A stretch of 64,000 bases of DNA, from the NCBI GenBank assembly GCA_963719505.1, contig CAVRCF010000005.1, positions 192,001 through 256,000 of the forward strand, given 5' to 3'. The stretch comes from Halobacteriovoraceae bacterium (GTDB taxonomy: Bacteria; Bdellovibrionota; Bacteriovoracia; Bacteriovoracales; Bacteriovoracaceae). Positions 38,642 through 47,433 of the stretch are shown piece after piece. The notes under the pieces were generated by a model. The model did not search any database. It was not told the DNA's origin and saw only the letters and a program-made list of their open reading frames with translations. The position numbers and the translations under genes were made by a program. The stretch's first letter is position 1, and each line of letters begins with the position of its first letter.

Positions 38642-39706
38642 CTACTTGTTAAATTGATGACAATAACTTTTTATATTATTAACGTATTTTCTGGCTTCAC
38701 CTAATTCACTAGACCAAATCCATTCTTCTTTGTGTTTCTCTATATTTCTTTTTACGCGTGATGCTCCTGAATTATAGCTTGCAAGAATAATGTCGGTTGT
38801 TTTATGAGCTTTTAAGTTTTTCGTTAAAAACTCATTATTGTATTCATTTTTCCAAAAATTTACTAAATGTCCTAAGTATATAGCACCACCTTCTAAACTT
38901 TTTTTCTCATTGAGACGCCAGTCATTTTTTTCATTGATGACACCTCTGAAGATTTTGTACTTTAAGTCTAGATAGGACAACTTATTCGAGCCGGGATAGG
39001 ACTGAAAGGTTGGATCAATCATTCGGATATCATGGTCTGCAATTGGAGTCACCTGGGTTAGCCCCACGGCTCTTGCGATACTGACGGCTTTGGGATTAAA
39101 TGAAGATTCCTGGGCCACAAGGCTAGCCAGAAGAACGGGATTGAGAGTTTTATTTTTTGCAATCTCGTTAATCTCTTTAATAAGGTATGATTTTTGATTA
39201 AAAGGACTGAGGTGAGTAAGCCTTTCAAGATCCTTATAAGAGCACTCAGGTTCACCAAGGTCGTAGTAGATGGGGGCATGATTATCTTTATCGTAATAGA
39301 GAAATGAGATCTCATTGCGAAGGCCTGGAAGAAGAGACAAGTTTCTAAAAATAACTTTTGCCTGTGTTCGCTCTTTGTTAAAAACTATATCTTCACTTTT
39401 TAGCCACCTAAAGACGATTTCTCCATTATACAAAATATTGTATTGGAATGGTTCTCGAAGACCGCTTTTATTTTTAATGATAAAAGAGAGATCAAAGTTT
39501 TGATGATAAATTTTGTGCTTTGGTATTGATTGGATTGTCACGTCATCGGCTTGTGCCATTTTTCTAAACAGATTCGTCGGCTTTACCTTGTCCTCTTTAT
39601 CTTGAGGAGTGATAGATGCTCCAAAGGGCGAAGTTGGTCCGGCACAAGAGAACAACAAAATGCTCGTCATATACATGAGGGTGATAGTCGTCAGTTGTTT
39701 TTCCAT
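38642..39706 (-). CDS. Lytic transglycosylase (SLT domain) lipoprotein
   Basis: Lipobox LFSC; QESSFNP.A.S...AVGLTQV, LASYNSG, E...YV. Confidence 0.88.
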   Translation of the reverse strand: MEKQLTTITLMYMTSILLFSCAGPTSPFGASITPQDKEDKVKPTNLFRKMAQADDVTIQSIPKHKIYHQNFDLSFIIKNKSGLREPFQYNILYNGEIVFRWLKSEDIVFNKERTQAKVIFRNLSLLPGLRNEISFLYYDKDNHAPIYYDLGEPECSYKDLERLTHLSPFNQKSYLIKEINEIAKNKTLNPVLLASLVAQESSFNPKAVSIARAVGLTQVTPIADHDIRMIDPTFQSYPGSNKLSYLDLKYKIFRGVINEKNDWRLNEKKSLEGGAIYLGHLVNFWKNEYNNEFLTKNLKAHKTTDIILASYNSGASRVKRNIEKHKEEWIWSSELGEARKYVNNIKSYCHQFNK

Positions 39707-39844
39707 TTGGGCATAGTAACAGAAATCAAAATCTGAGACTGGAAAGTTTACAGCTTAATAAAAAAGGGTGGTTAGCTTGGGACTGCTAATGGGAAAAACG
39801 TAAAATACGCAACGATTTGTCGCCATTTTTGCTTTTTCAATACC

Positions 39845-40669
39845 TTACAGTTCGATCTGATCCATCATCATAACGTACTCTAGAGCGGAGCTATTGCTGC
39901 GGTTGAGAGACGTTCGACAACCCCGAGTCGAAGTATAATCATTTGGACCCCAAAGATACATACCAATGGGTCTTAGAGTTTGCTTGTCAAAAACGGGAGA
40001 TCCAGCTGATCTTGTTTCTGAATCCAGATCAGCTTTAAAAAAGGTCTGATAGATATACTGGGACGAAGCCATTGAAGAATACTTTAAAGGAAGACCATGA
40101 GGGTGGCCAAGCATGATGATGGATCCATCTTTCACAGGGGCTTCTGATGTTTTTAAATCAATAAACGTTTTATCCACAGCTGGTCGGTCTAGTTCGACTA
40201 TTGCATAGCTTACTCGTCTTCCAATATTTTGAACTCTTTTAATTATTTTTTTACAAGAGAAGATATCTTTTGAATCAGCTGTCTTCACTCGGTGGGATTT
40301 AAAATTTCTTTTGAAGTTAAAGACCCATTTATTATTGTCGCAATCTGTTTGGTTTGAAATGCATGAGCCCGTTGTTAAAAGAGTGTTTTCAGAAATTAAG
40401 AAACCTGTACAATTTGCAATCGTTGTTTGATTGGAAAACTTGGTATCATCACAATAATTATCGCTCCCTAAGCTGACAGCGATAAATTTACTATAATCAC
40501 CTTTGTCTATCATGGATTGAGCTGGAATCATGGCCGCTACCGACTGGGACAAACGCTCAATCTCTGGACTATTAATATCGTAAAAATCAACTCTAGAATC
40601 TGATCCGTAGATAGTTTTGTGCGCAGCAGAAATATTGATTGATAGTAGTATTATTAAGAGTTTAAACAT
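39845..40669 (-). CDS. Secreted trypsin-fold protein lacking catalytic residues
   Basis: IYG.DSR, CTGFLI, LGHP.GLP.K scaffold; triad positions read LTTGSC, VSYAIV, RSAGSP. Confidence 0.75.
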   Translation of the reverse strand: MFKLLIILLSINISAAHKTIYGSDSRVDFYDINSPEIERLSQSVAAMIPAQSMIDKGDYSKFIAVSLGSDNYCDDTKFSNQTTIANCTGFLISENTLLTTGSCISNQTDCDNNKWVFNFKRNFKSHRVKTADSKDIFSCKKIIKRVQNIGRRVSYAIVELDRPAVDKTFIDLKTSEAPVKDGSIIMLGHPHGLPLKYSSMASSQYIYQTFFKADLDSETRSAGSPVFDKQTLRPIGMYLWGPNDYTSTRGCRTSLNRSNSSALEYVMMMDQIEL

Positions 40670-40767
40670 TTTTTCTCCAGTGTTCATCCCACTATATCTA
40701 AAAAATCTTAAGACGCCAATAAAGGGTTTTTACTTGTCTAAGTTAGTCCAATATTGGATGGTAACTT

Positions 40768-41805
40768 ATGATTATTGTTCTTCTTCTTATAAGCTGTGTT
40801 TTAGGTGCTACGTGTTTTTCAACTCAGTCGAGTGACGCTTTTTCTCGCCAAAAAGAATTGACGGCATTTGTGAACAAGCAGGTGCAAATTTCTGGGATAC
40901 CAGCTCTTTCGGTTGTGATCGGTAACTCACATGGTGTTATTTATAAAGAGTCCTTTGGGTTAGCAAAGAAGAATTCGATCTATGATCTTGCATCAATCAC
41001 TAAGGTTTTTACGGCCACAGCTTTTTTAAAAGAACTTGAAGGTCAAAACATATCTGTCGATAGTCAGTATCAAGATGGCGTTAAGTTCTCTAACCTTCTA
41101 AGGCATAGCTCTGGTTTTAAAGCCGGTTTGTCGAATCATGATTTTAAAACAACACCAGCTGAGACTTTTAAGCATATAAAGACGATGAGACCCACAAGAA
41201 CATCGGGGCTTTTTCATTACTCTGATATTAATTATCTCATCTTGGGTCTTGAGTTAGAGAGGCTTTCAGGGTTGAAACTTAATGAGTATCTGACATCGAA
41301 TGTTTTAGCTCCTTTGGAAATGGATTCAACTTCCTTTAGGCCGAAAAACTGCGAACGATGTTTAGAGACAGTGAAAGATAAAAAAGGTGTGGTCCATGAT
41401 CCGACCTCAAGGTTTCTTGGAGGTGTGACTGGCGATGCAGGAGTCTTTTCTTCTCTTGATGACCTTGCAAAGTTTACTTCTGTGTTTCTTAACGATGGTC
41501 TCTATTGCGGCAAAGAAATTATAAGCTCTCGACAAGTCAAAATGATGAAAGAAAAAACGGCGTCGGTTAGGGGGCTTGGGTTTGATATTACAAGTCCTTA
41601 CTCGAGACTTCCAAGAGGTGATTCGTTCGCTTTAAATGACTCTTTTGGACACACTGGTTACACTGGGACTTCTGTCTGGATCGACCCTACTAAAGATATC
41701 TTTGTTATTGTGCTCAGTAACTCCGTTTTAAAGCCTAAAACAAAGCCAAAGTTTCTAAAGCTTAATAACAAGATTTCAAGCTTTATAGGTCAATCACTTC
41801 TTTAA
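40768..41805 (+). CDS. Secreted serine hydrolase (beta-lactamase fold)
   Basis: DLASITK, LLRHSSG, YSD, VHDP, FGHTGYTGT. Confidence 0.9.
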   Translation: MIIVLLLISCVLGATCFSTQSSDAFSRQKELTAFVNKQVQISGIPALSVVIGNSHGVIYKESFGLAKKNSIYDLASITKVFTATAFLKELEGQNISVDSQYQDGVKFSNLLRHSSGFKAGLSNHDFKTTPAETFKHIKTMRPTRTSGLFHYSDINYLILGLELERLSGLKLNEYLTSNVLAPLEMDSTSFRPKNCERCLETVKDKKGVVHDPTSRFLGGVTGDAGVFSSLDDLAKFTSVFLNDGLYCGKEIISSRQVKMMKEKTASVRGLGFDITSPYSRLPRGDSFALNDSFGHTGYTGTSVWIDPTKDIFVIVLSNSVLKPKTKPKFLKLNNKISSFIGQSLL

Positions 41806-43647
41806 TAAACGTCTAAAAATTTTGATGTTCTTCTTATTGAGGTCTCCAGCATACTTCATTTTTTCATAGTGATCGATAATTTCCTTAGCATGGGGAATGT
41901 GTCCAATCTTTTCTCTCATTTCGACAAGTGAATCGCTTGGGCTGACGCAGTTTCCAATCTTTTTTAAGTATTTATCGAAGAGTTTGTCGATAAGCTCTTT
42001 TTTCTTTCGTCGCTCACTTGGTTTTAAAAAGTAAAAAAGGAAAAAAATAATGATTAAAGAGGCACCCAAAAGATAAAAGACTTTCTTTGTGATCTTTAGA
42101 TCTTGGGAGTAGGCGTCCTGCTTTTCCATATCGTAATTATCTAAAAAGAGTGACGCTCTATAGTTGATGTAGCTCCATATCTTTTTTGCATTGATAAAAA
42201 GGCTATTTTTTCTTCTTCTGTCGCTAGTGAAGTCATCACTAGATGAATTAAAGTATGTCTGGCCGCCGAGGGTAATTCTTGAGGGGTCGATAAACCCAGT
42301 GGGGTCAACTTTAATCCATCTTTTGTTGACCAAAACTTCAACCCACGCATGAGCGTCATTTGACGAGACTGTATAGTAGCCACCTAGATCATTATAGATA
42401 CCACCTTGAAATCCAGAAACTAAGCGAGTAGGGAAATCTAAATACCTAAAAAGAATACCAGCGAAAGAGGCGTAGTGGGTGCAATAACCAATCTTCCTTT
42501 GAAGAAACTTTTTTAAAGTTGTAGAGTCACCAGGAGACAAAGAGTAGGTAAATTTGTTTTTGATTAAAAAAGCTTTGAGTTTTCTTTGAACAAAGTTAAA
42601 ACTTTTTCCTTTAAGCTTTTGTTGTTTAACAAAGGTCTTAAGCTCATTTGGTATAAAACTTGGTAGTTGTGTGTAGGCCTCACGGTTTCTGGAGCTAGAA
42701 TCTAGAATCCTTCCTCCCAGTGAACTAATGGCATTTACAATGGCCTTTCTTCCTTTATTGTAAAAAGTAAAAGTATTCGTCGTTGCCGTTTTGTACTGAC
42801 CGATATTGCTCGATTCTATTTCATATGGAGTCTCAAGAAGGATAATGTCTTTTTCTAGGTCTATTTCATACTTGACCTGATACACGATAGGACTTTTTAT
42901 TTTCACCTTGGGGGTGGACGGTCTGAGTTTTCCCGTGTTCCAGTTAAAACCATCTGTATAGCTTAGGACTCTTCCCCTCCAGTAGAGTTGTTCACTAAAA
43001 AGTTCTCTATCTGTTCGCGCGACAAAAGCGGTTTGGGATGAATTTTGCAAGTTGAAGATCGAAGAGTTATCAATATTTTTACTATAGCCAATTTTTCCTT
43101 TTGTTTGATTATTTCTTCGTGGAAAAAATCCTGAGTATCGAGGAAAAAAGATAAAGAGCAGAGCGATAAGAGTGAGGCTAATGAGTGATTCAAATCCACC
43201 TATAGATGTAAAAGATAAAAACTTTAAAGGGTGAGTTTTTTCATCATCATGTTTATCAAGAGTTAAAAAGATAAAAGAGATACTGTAGATCATGACTAGA
43301 AAATATAAAATATCCGTTTTAAAAAGGGAGAAGGCCGCAATCCAGAGGAAAGCCAAAGTGCGGGCTACTTTATCTTGAGAAGATTTAGTATAGATGATTC
43401 TAAGAAGGCATGTGGTTCCCAGGAAAGTGATCATTGGCTCGGGCAGATAAAATGCACCAAAGCTTTGTTTCAAATTATAGATAACTAAAGCGGCCAGAGC
43501 AAAGATGAGATATTTGGTTTTTTCCTTCCAAAACGCTAGCACAAGCATGGCCACCAGAGGTGCGATAACAGAGATATCTAAAAACTCTAAAGCTAAAAGA
43601 GGAAAGGGCATCAGGCAAAGAATAAAGAGATACTTAACCTTAATCAT
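41794..43647 (-). CDS. TgpA-like membrane transglutaminase-domain protein
   Basis: N-terminal TM region, FFPR, LYWRG, GYCTHYA, GFQGG, HAWVEV, DPT. Confidence 0.9.
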   Translation of the reverse strand: MIKVKYLFILCLMPFPLLALEFLDISVIAPLVAMLVLAFWKEKTKYLIFALAALVIYNLKQSFGAFYLPEPMITFLGTTCLLRIIYTKSSQDKVARTLAFLWIAAFSLFKTDILYFLVMIYSISFIFLTLDKHDDEKTHPLKFLSFTSIGGFESLISLTLIALLFIFFPRYSGFFPRRNNQTKGKIGYSKNIDNSSIFNLQNSSQTAFVARTDRELFSEQLYWRGRVLSYTDGFNWNTGKLRPSTPKVKIKSPIVYQVKYEIDLEKDIILLETPYEIESSNIGQYKTATTNTFTFYNKGRKAIVNAISSLGGRILDSSSRNREAYTQLPSFIPNELKTFVKQQKLKGKSFNFVQRKLKAFLIKNKFTYSLSPGDSTTLKKFLQRKIGYCTHYASFAGILFRYLDFPTRLVSGFQGGIYNDLGGYYTVSSNDAHAWVEVLVNKRWIKVDPTGFIDPSRITLGGQTYFNSSSDDFTSDRRRKNSLFINAKKIWSYINYRASLFLDNYDMEKQDAYSQDLKITKKVFYLLGASLIIIFFLFYFLKPSERRKKKELIDKLFDKYLKKIGNCVSPSDSLVEMREKIGHIPHAKEIIDHYEKMKYAGDLNKKNIKIFRRLLKK

Positions 43648-44495
43648 TGCATGGCCAATTGAGTGAGACATAAATGAAGGTGTTCAGCGCCTTTCGAGCT
43701 ATCAGAGGTAAAGCCTTTAAGCTTAAGTGTCCATGGAATATTTGTTTTATTAAAATGGGCCACTAAAAATGCAAGCTTTTGGATTTTTGTCTCAAGATCA
43801 CCAGAGACACTTTTAAGGGTTAGAACCTGAGGAGTGTAATTATGGGTTTCAAATTTTTTCCAATAGAGTTGTTTGTTCTTTGCAAAAATTCGCCAATTAA
43901 TTCTTTTGGCGGGCATATCTTTTTGATAAGGGATGTGGAGGCTAAATTCATCATCACTGGTGTGATCATGAGCATGACTTTCATTTAAAAGAGTCTCTAA
44001 ATTGTAGATGACCCTTTTGGGATAAATGACCAGCTCTTTGTTTGTTTGATAAAACTTCCAACAATAAAAAAGTCCAAAAGATCCACTGTTTTCAATTTTA
44101 ATTTTTGAAACTTGGTAAACCCCTCGCGGGATGGTTTGGTTTTTACTCAAATCAATATAGTCTTTGTTGATAAGGGCTTTTAACTCTGTAGTCTTAGGAA
44201 CAAAAGACAAGCTAAATGAGTGATGGAGAGATTCTTCTTGATAGGAGTGGTTGAGTTGAAAATTTTCAATTTTAAGCTTTTGGACCTCTTTATGGGTCTT
44301 GAGCATTTGGATAAGTAAAACGGTTAAAAGCCAAAAAGCGATAATCAAAGTGACGTTATTGGTGTAGGTCAAAGCGATGAGAAAAATAGAAAATGTTATC
44401 GCTGTGTAAATAAAGCCAAAAGCAGTTGGGACGATGTAGATATTCTTTCTATTTTGGGTCTTTTTAACCAGAAAGTTTATCAGTCTTTGGATCAT
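43644..44495 (-). CDS. DUF58-type protein
   Basis: IYIVPT.FG, Y.NN, YP, Y..D...RINW...AK; position between MoxR and TgpA. Confidence 0.8.
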   Translation of the reverse strand: MIQRLINFLVKKTQNRKNIYIVPTAFGFIYTAITFSIFLIALTYTNNVTLIIAFWLLTVLLIQMLKTHKEVQKLKIENFQLNHSYQEESLHHSFSLSFVPKTTELKALINKDYIDLSKNQTIPRGVYQVSKIKIENSGSFGLFYCWKFYQTNKELVIYPKRVIYNLETLLNESHAHDHTSDDEFSLHIPYQKDMPAKRINWRIFAKNKQLYWKKFETHNYTPQVLTLKSVSGDLETKIQKLAFLVAHFNKTNIPWTLKLKGFTSDSSKGAEHLHLCLTQLAMQ

Positions 44496-45400
44496 TATCT
44501 TATAGCGACTGAGTTTAGCACTTCTTGAGCTTTTTGATGTTCTATTGCAACCGATGAGTTTGATTGTGAAACAAGGCGATGACCACAGACAAAAGGAAAG
44601 AGGTATTTGATATCGTCGGGAATAACATAATCTCTGCCTTTTAAATAAGCAAAAGACTTGGATACCTTGGTCAGGTCAATACCTGCTCTATTACTTAGTG
44701 AGATGATAGATGCATTTGATCTGGTGTATTCGAGAAGATTATAAATGTACTCATAAAGTGAGTCGTCAATTCTTATATTTTTAACTTCTTCTTTGGCCTC
44801 TTTGAGTTCACTGTTAGAGATCTTTTGAGTGATAATAACTTCTTTTGAACCCATATCAGTCTTTAACATTTTTAAGGTCGATTCTTTATCTGGATAGCCA
44901 ATGTCGAATTTCATGCAAAATCTATCAAGCTGAGACTCTGGAAGATCAAATGTTCCTATTTGAGTGCTTGGGTTTTGGGTGGCAAAGACTGTAAAGTTAG
45001 TTGATAAATCATAAGACTTCCTATCAACTGTCACTCTTTTTTCTTCCATGGCTTCTAGGAGAGCACTTTGAGTTTTAGCCGGAGCTCTATTGAGTTCGTC
45101 GGCCAAGACGAGGTCACCAAAAATGGGACCTTTATGGAATTCAAAATTTTGTTTATTAATATCAAATATACTCGAACCAATAATATCACTGGGAAGAATA
45201 TCGTTTGTGAACTGTACACGGCTGAGATCAAAGTCAAAAAGATTTCCAATGATTTTCGCCAGCGTTGTCTTGCCGACTCCAGGGTGGTCTTCAATAAGGA
45301 CATGTCCCGAGCTTAGGACAGCACAAACACTAAGAATAATGCGCTCATCTTTACCTAAAAGATAATTCTGGGCCTCACCAAGCCATAGTAGTTTTTTCAT
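44495..45400 (-). CDS. MoxR-family AAA+ ATPase
   Basis: HVLIEDHPGVGKTT, RVQFT.D.LPSD, LADELNRA..KTQSALLEAMEE, ATQNP, LPESQLDRF. Confidence 0.95.
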   Translation of the reverse strand: MKKLLWLGEAQNYLLGKDERIILSVCAVLSSGHVLIEDHPGVGKTTLAKIIGNLFDFDLSRVQFTNDILPSDIIGSSIFDINKQNFEFHKGPIFGDLVLADELNRAPAKTQSALLEAMEEKRVTVDRKSYDLSTNFTVFATQNPSTQIGTFDLPESQLDRFCMKFDIGYPDKESTLKMLKTDMGSKEVIITQKISNSELKEAKEEVKNIRIDDSLYEYIYNLLEYTRSNASIISLSNRAGIDLTKVSKSFAYLKGRDYVIPDDIKYLFPFVCGHRLVSQSNSSVAIEHQKAQEVLNSVAIR

Positions 45401-46143
45401 TATTTAAGCTTTGAGGATTTAAATTGATTCTCTTTAAGCTTAAGACCAAGTTTTCTGTCATCCCATGTGATGATTGATCTTTTTTGTGTCTGCACATTCT
45501 TCATCTCAATCTTATTGGCCAAAAGAAATGACTTATCACCAACTTTATACGTTTTGAAATCTGATATTGTGGACTCTTTTAATAGCTCGCCTCTTCTATC
45601 GAAGTACTTTATCTCTAAAGGGGTGAGGTCAGTTTTAGAAATTTTGGTTATCAGTTTTGTATAACCAGATTTCTTCTTTGGCGTAGACTCAATAGTCCAA
45701 GTTTCTTTATCTTCTGATTGTATTTTATAAGTGTATTTATCTAGAACCTGACCACCAATATCTTCATAGCTAAATTCACTTCCCATAAAAGATCCAGCTT
45801 GGTTTTTTGAATTAATTTTTTTTACACGTTTGAATTTTGGAAGGTAGAGCCACTGCTTATTATCGTCATCAACTAAAGTCCATGTGAGTAGTTTTGTTCC
45901 TTTGATATCGGCTGGCTTCACAAATTCTGTGATGGATTTATCACCCTCTTTGTTGTTTTCCAAAACACTTGCCTCCATAATTCTTTCAACTTGAGTACCG
46001 TGGGCATCGATCAAGATCATCTTCATCTGAGCTTCAGAGCCGATAAATCCTTGTCCTTTCTTTTCCACCTTTTGCATAACTTCTAGCCCAGTCATAGCAA
46101 AAGCCTGATAGAGGAAAATGAATGATAAGATAAAAATTTTCAT
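45400..46143 (-). CDS. Outer-membrane lipoprotein-sorting (LolA-like) protein
   Basis: Signal peptide; F..PADIKGT.LL, QWLYLP..KRVKKI, SFMGSEFSYED. Confidence 0.88.
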   Translation of the reverse strand: MKIFILSFIFLYQAFAMTGLEVMQKVEKKGQGFIGSEAQMKMILIDAHGTQVERIMEASVLENNKEGDKSITEFVKPADIKGTKLLTWTLVDDDNKQWLYLPKFKRVKKINSKNQAGSFMGSEFSYEDIGGQVLDKYTYKIQSEDKETWTIESTPKKKSGYTKLITKISKTDLTPLEIKYFDRRGELLKESTISDFKTYKVGDKSFLLANKIEMKNVQTQKRSIITWDDRKLGLKLKENQFKSSKLK

Positions 46144-46155
46144 GTTTTGCTTCCT

Positions 46156-47433
46156 TTAAAAAAATCTAGTTAATTCTATATTAAAGGAGTCCCCATTTGC
46201 AATAGCCCTTAATCCTTCAAAGTTTGACAAGTCTAGTCCATCTTTAGGGTTTTGAGCTTCAATAATTCTGAGACCAGTTTCCAATTTCCATCCTTGAAAG
46301 ACCCTGTATGAATGGCTAACGGAGTAGATTCTCTCTTCAAAATGGTCGACGTCGTTGATGAGAAAAGCGATGATTTCGTGTCCTTTAAAATCATTAAAAT
46401 TGTGACGGTATCCAATAGCTGCATCTCGTTGAAATGGGGAGAGTATCCTTGCAGAGTCTTGAGTTGTTCCAAGGACAGTTTGATATTCAAGAAAAACTGT
46501 TCCCTCTGTATCATTACCATAGGTAAAGGATCTCTCAATTCCAAATGCTGTAAGTGAGAAATCTTCTTTTGAATTTTGCACCGATAGAGTTGGGGGGATA
46601 AAAAGTTCAACCGAGTCTTCATCGTAATCGTAGCGAGCGTGTTCAAATTTTACGATATAAGCATCTATATTCTTTTGAAGTGTAAGTCCGTATTGGTGCA
46701 TCTTTAAGTAATAAGGTGTGATTTCTAGTTGCTCAATTGTTGGCGAATTATTTTGAGTTCTTGGCGAAGAAATTAAAGGATTGTTGGTATCATATTTTCT
46801 AGCGTAGTGAAAATCAAAGTCAAAGCTTTCAAAGTTATGCTGATAACGAATAATAAATTCAAACATGTCGGGCTCGTCTTCGATTTTTTGATCACCATTA
46901 ACATACTTTGTTTTCTCAAAATCTATCAAAGCTCCATTTCTATTGCTCTCATCTGGAAAAATAGAGGGAATGTTTTTAACAATGGCTATTAATTCAATAA
47001 AGGAGGACTCAAAGTCTTTGTGATAAACGATTGATGGCAGACCCAGTCGCTCAATGAGATCACCATTTGAATCAAAGTTTTTTGCATTGATAGTATCTAC
47101 AGGGTGAAAAACCTCTAGCACTGACCAATTAAAAATATGATTCCCAGCTGAAAGTGAGCTCGCGCGAAATTCTTTTTTTAAGTATGTCTCATCAAAGTTG
47201 AGAATATTTCTTTTTGAATTGTTTTGATCTACTCTTGAGAAAAATCCCAAATGAAATCGCAGGCTATCTGCTTCGTAATCAGATTGAAATTTTGTTTTCA
47301 AGTCCAGCTGATAGTCTTTTGTTTCGGGCTTATTATCATCAGGAAAAGCTTTATACCTTACTCCCACTTGTGCTCTATAATCAAAGTCAGCAAATGCCAT
47401 AAGAGGAAATAAAAAGCCTATGAGTAGTTTCAT
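46156..47433 (-). CDS. Putative outer-membrane beta-barrel protein
   Basis: Signal peptide; G...F.W......P.D.IN motif; amphipathic strands; C-terminal Phe. Confidence 0.7.
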   Translation of the reverse strand: MKLLIGFLFPLMAFADFDYRAQVGVRYKAFPDDNKPETKDYQLDLKTKFQSDYEADSLRFHLGFFSRVDQNNSKRNILNFDETYLKKEFRASSLSAGNHIFNWSVLEVFHPVDTINAKNFDSNGDLIERLGLPSIVYHKDFESSFIELIAIVKNIPSIFPDESNRNGALIDFEKTKYVNGDQKIEDEPDMFEFIIRYQHNFESFDFDFHYARKYDTNNPLISSPRTQNNSPTIEQLEITPYYLKMHQYGLTLQKNIDAYIVKFEHARYDYDEDSVELFIPPTLSVQNSKEDFSLTAFGIERSFTYGNDTEGTVFLEYQTVLGTTQDSARILSPFQRDAAIGYRHNFNDFKGHEIIAFLINDVDHFEERIYSVSHSYRVFQGWKLETGLRIIEAQNPKDGLDLSNFEGLRAIANGDSFNIELTRFF

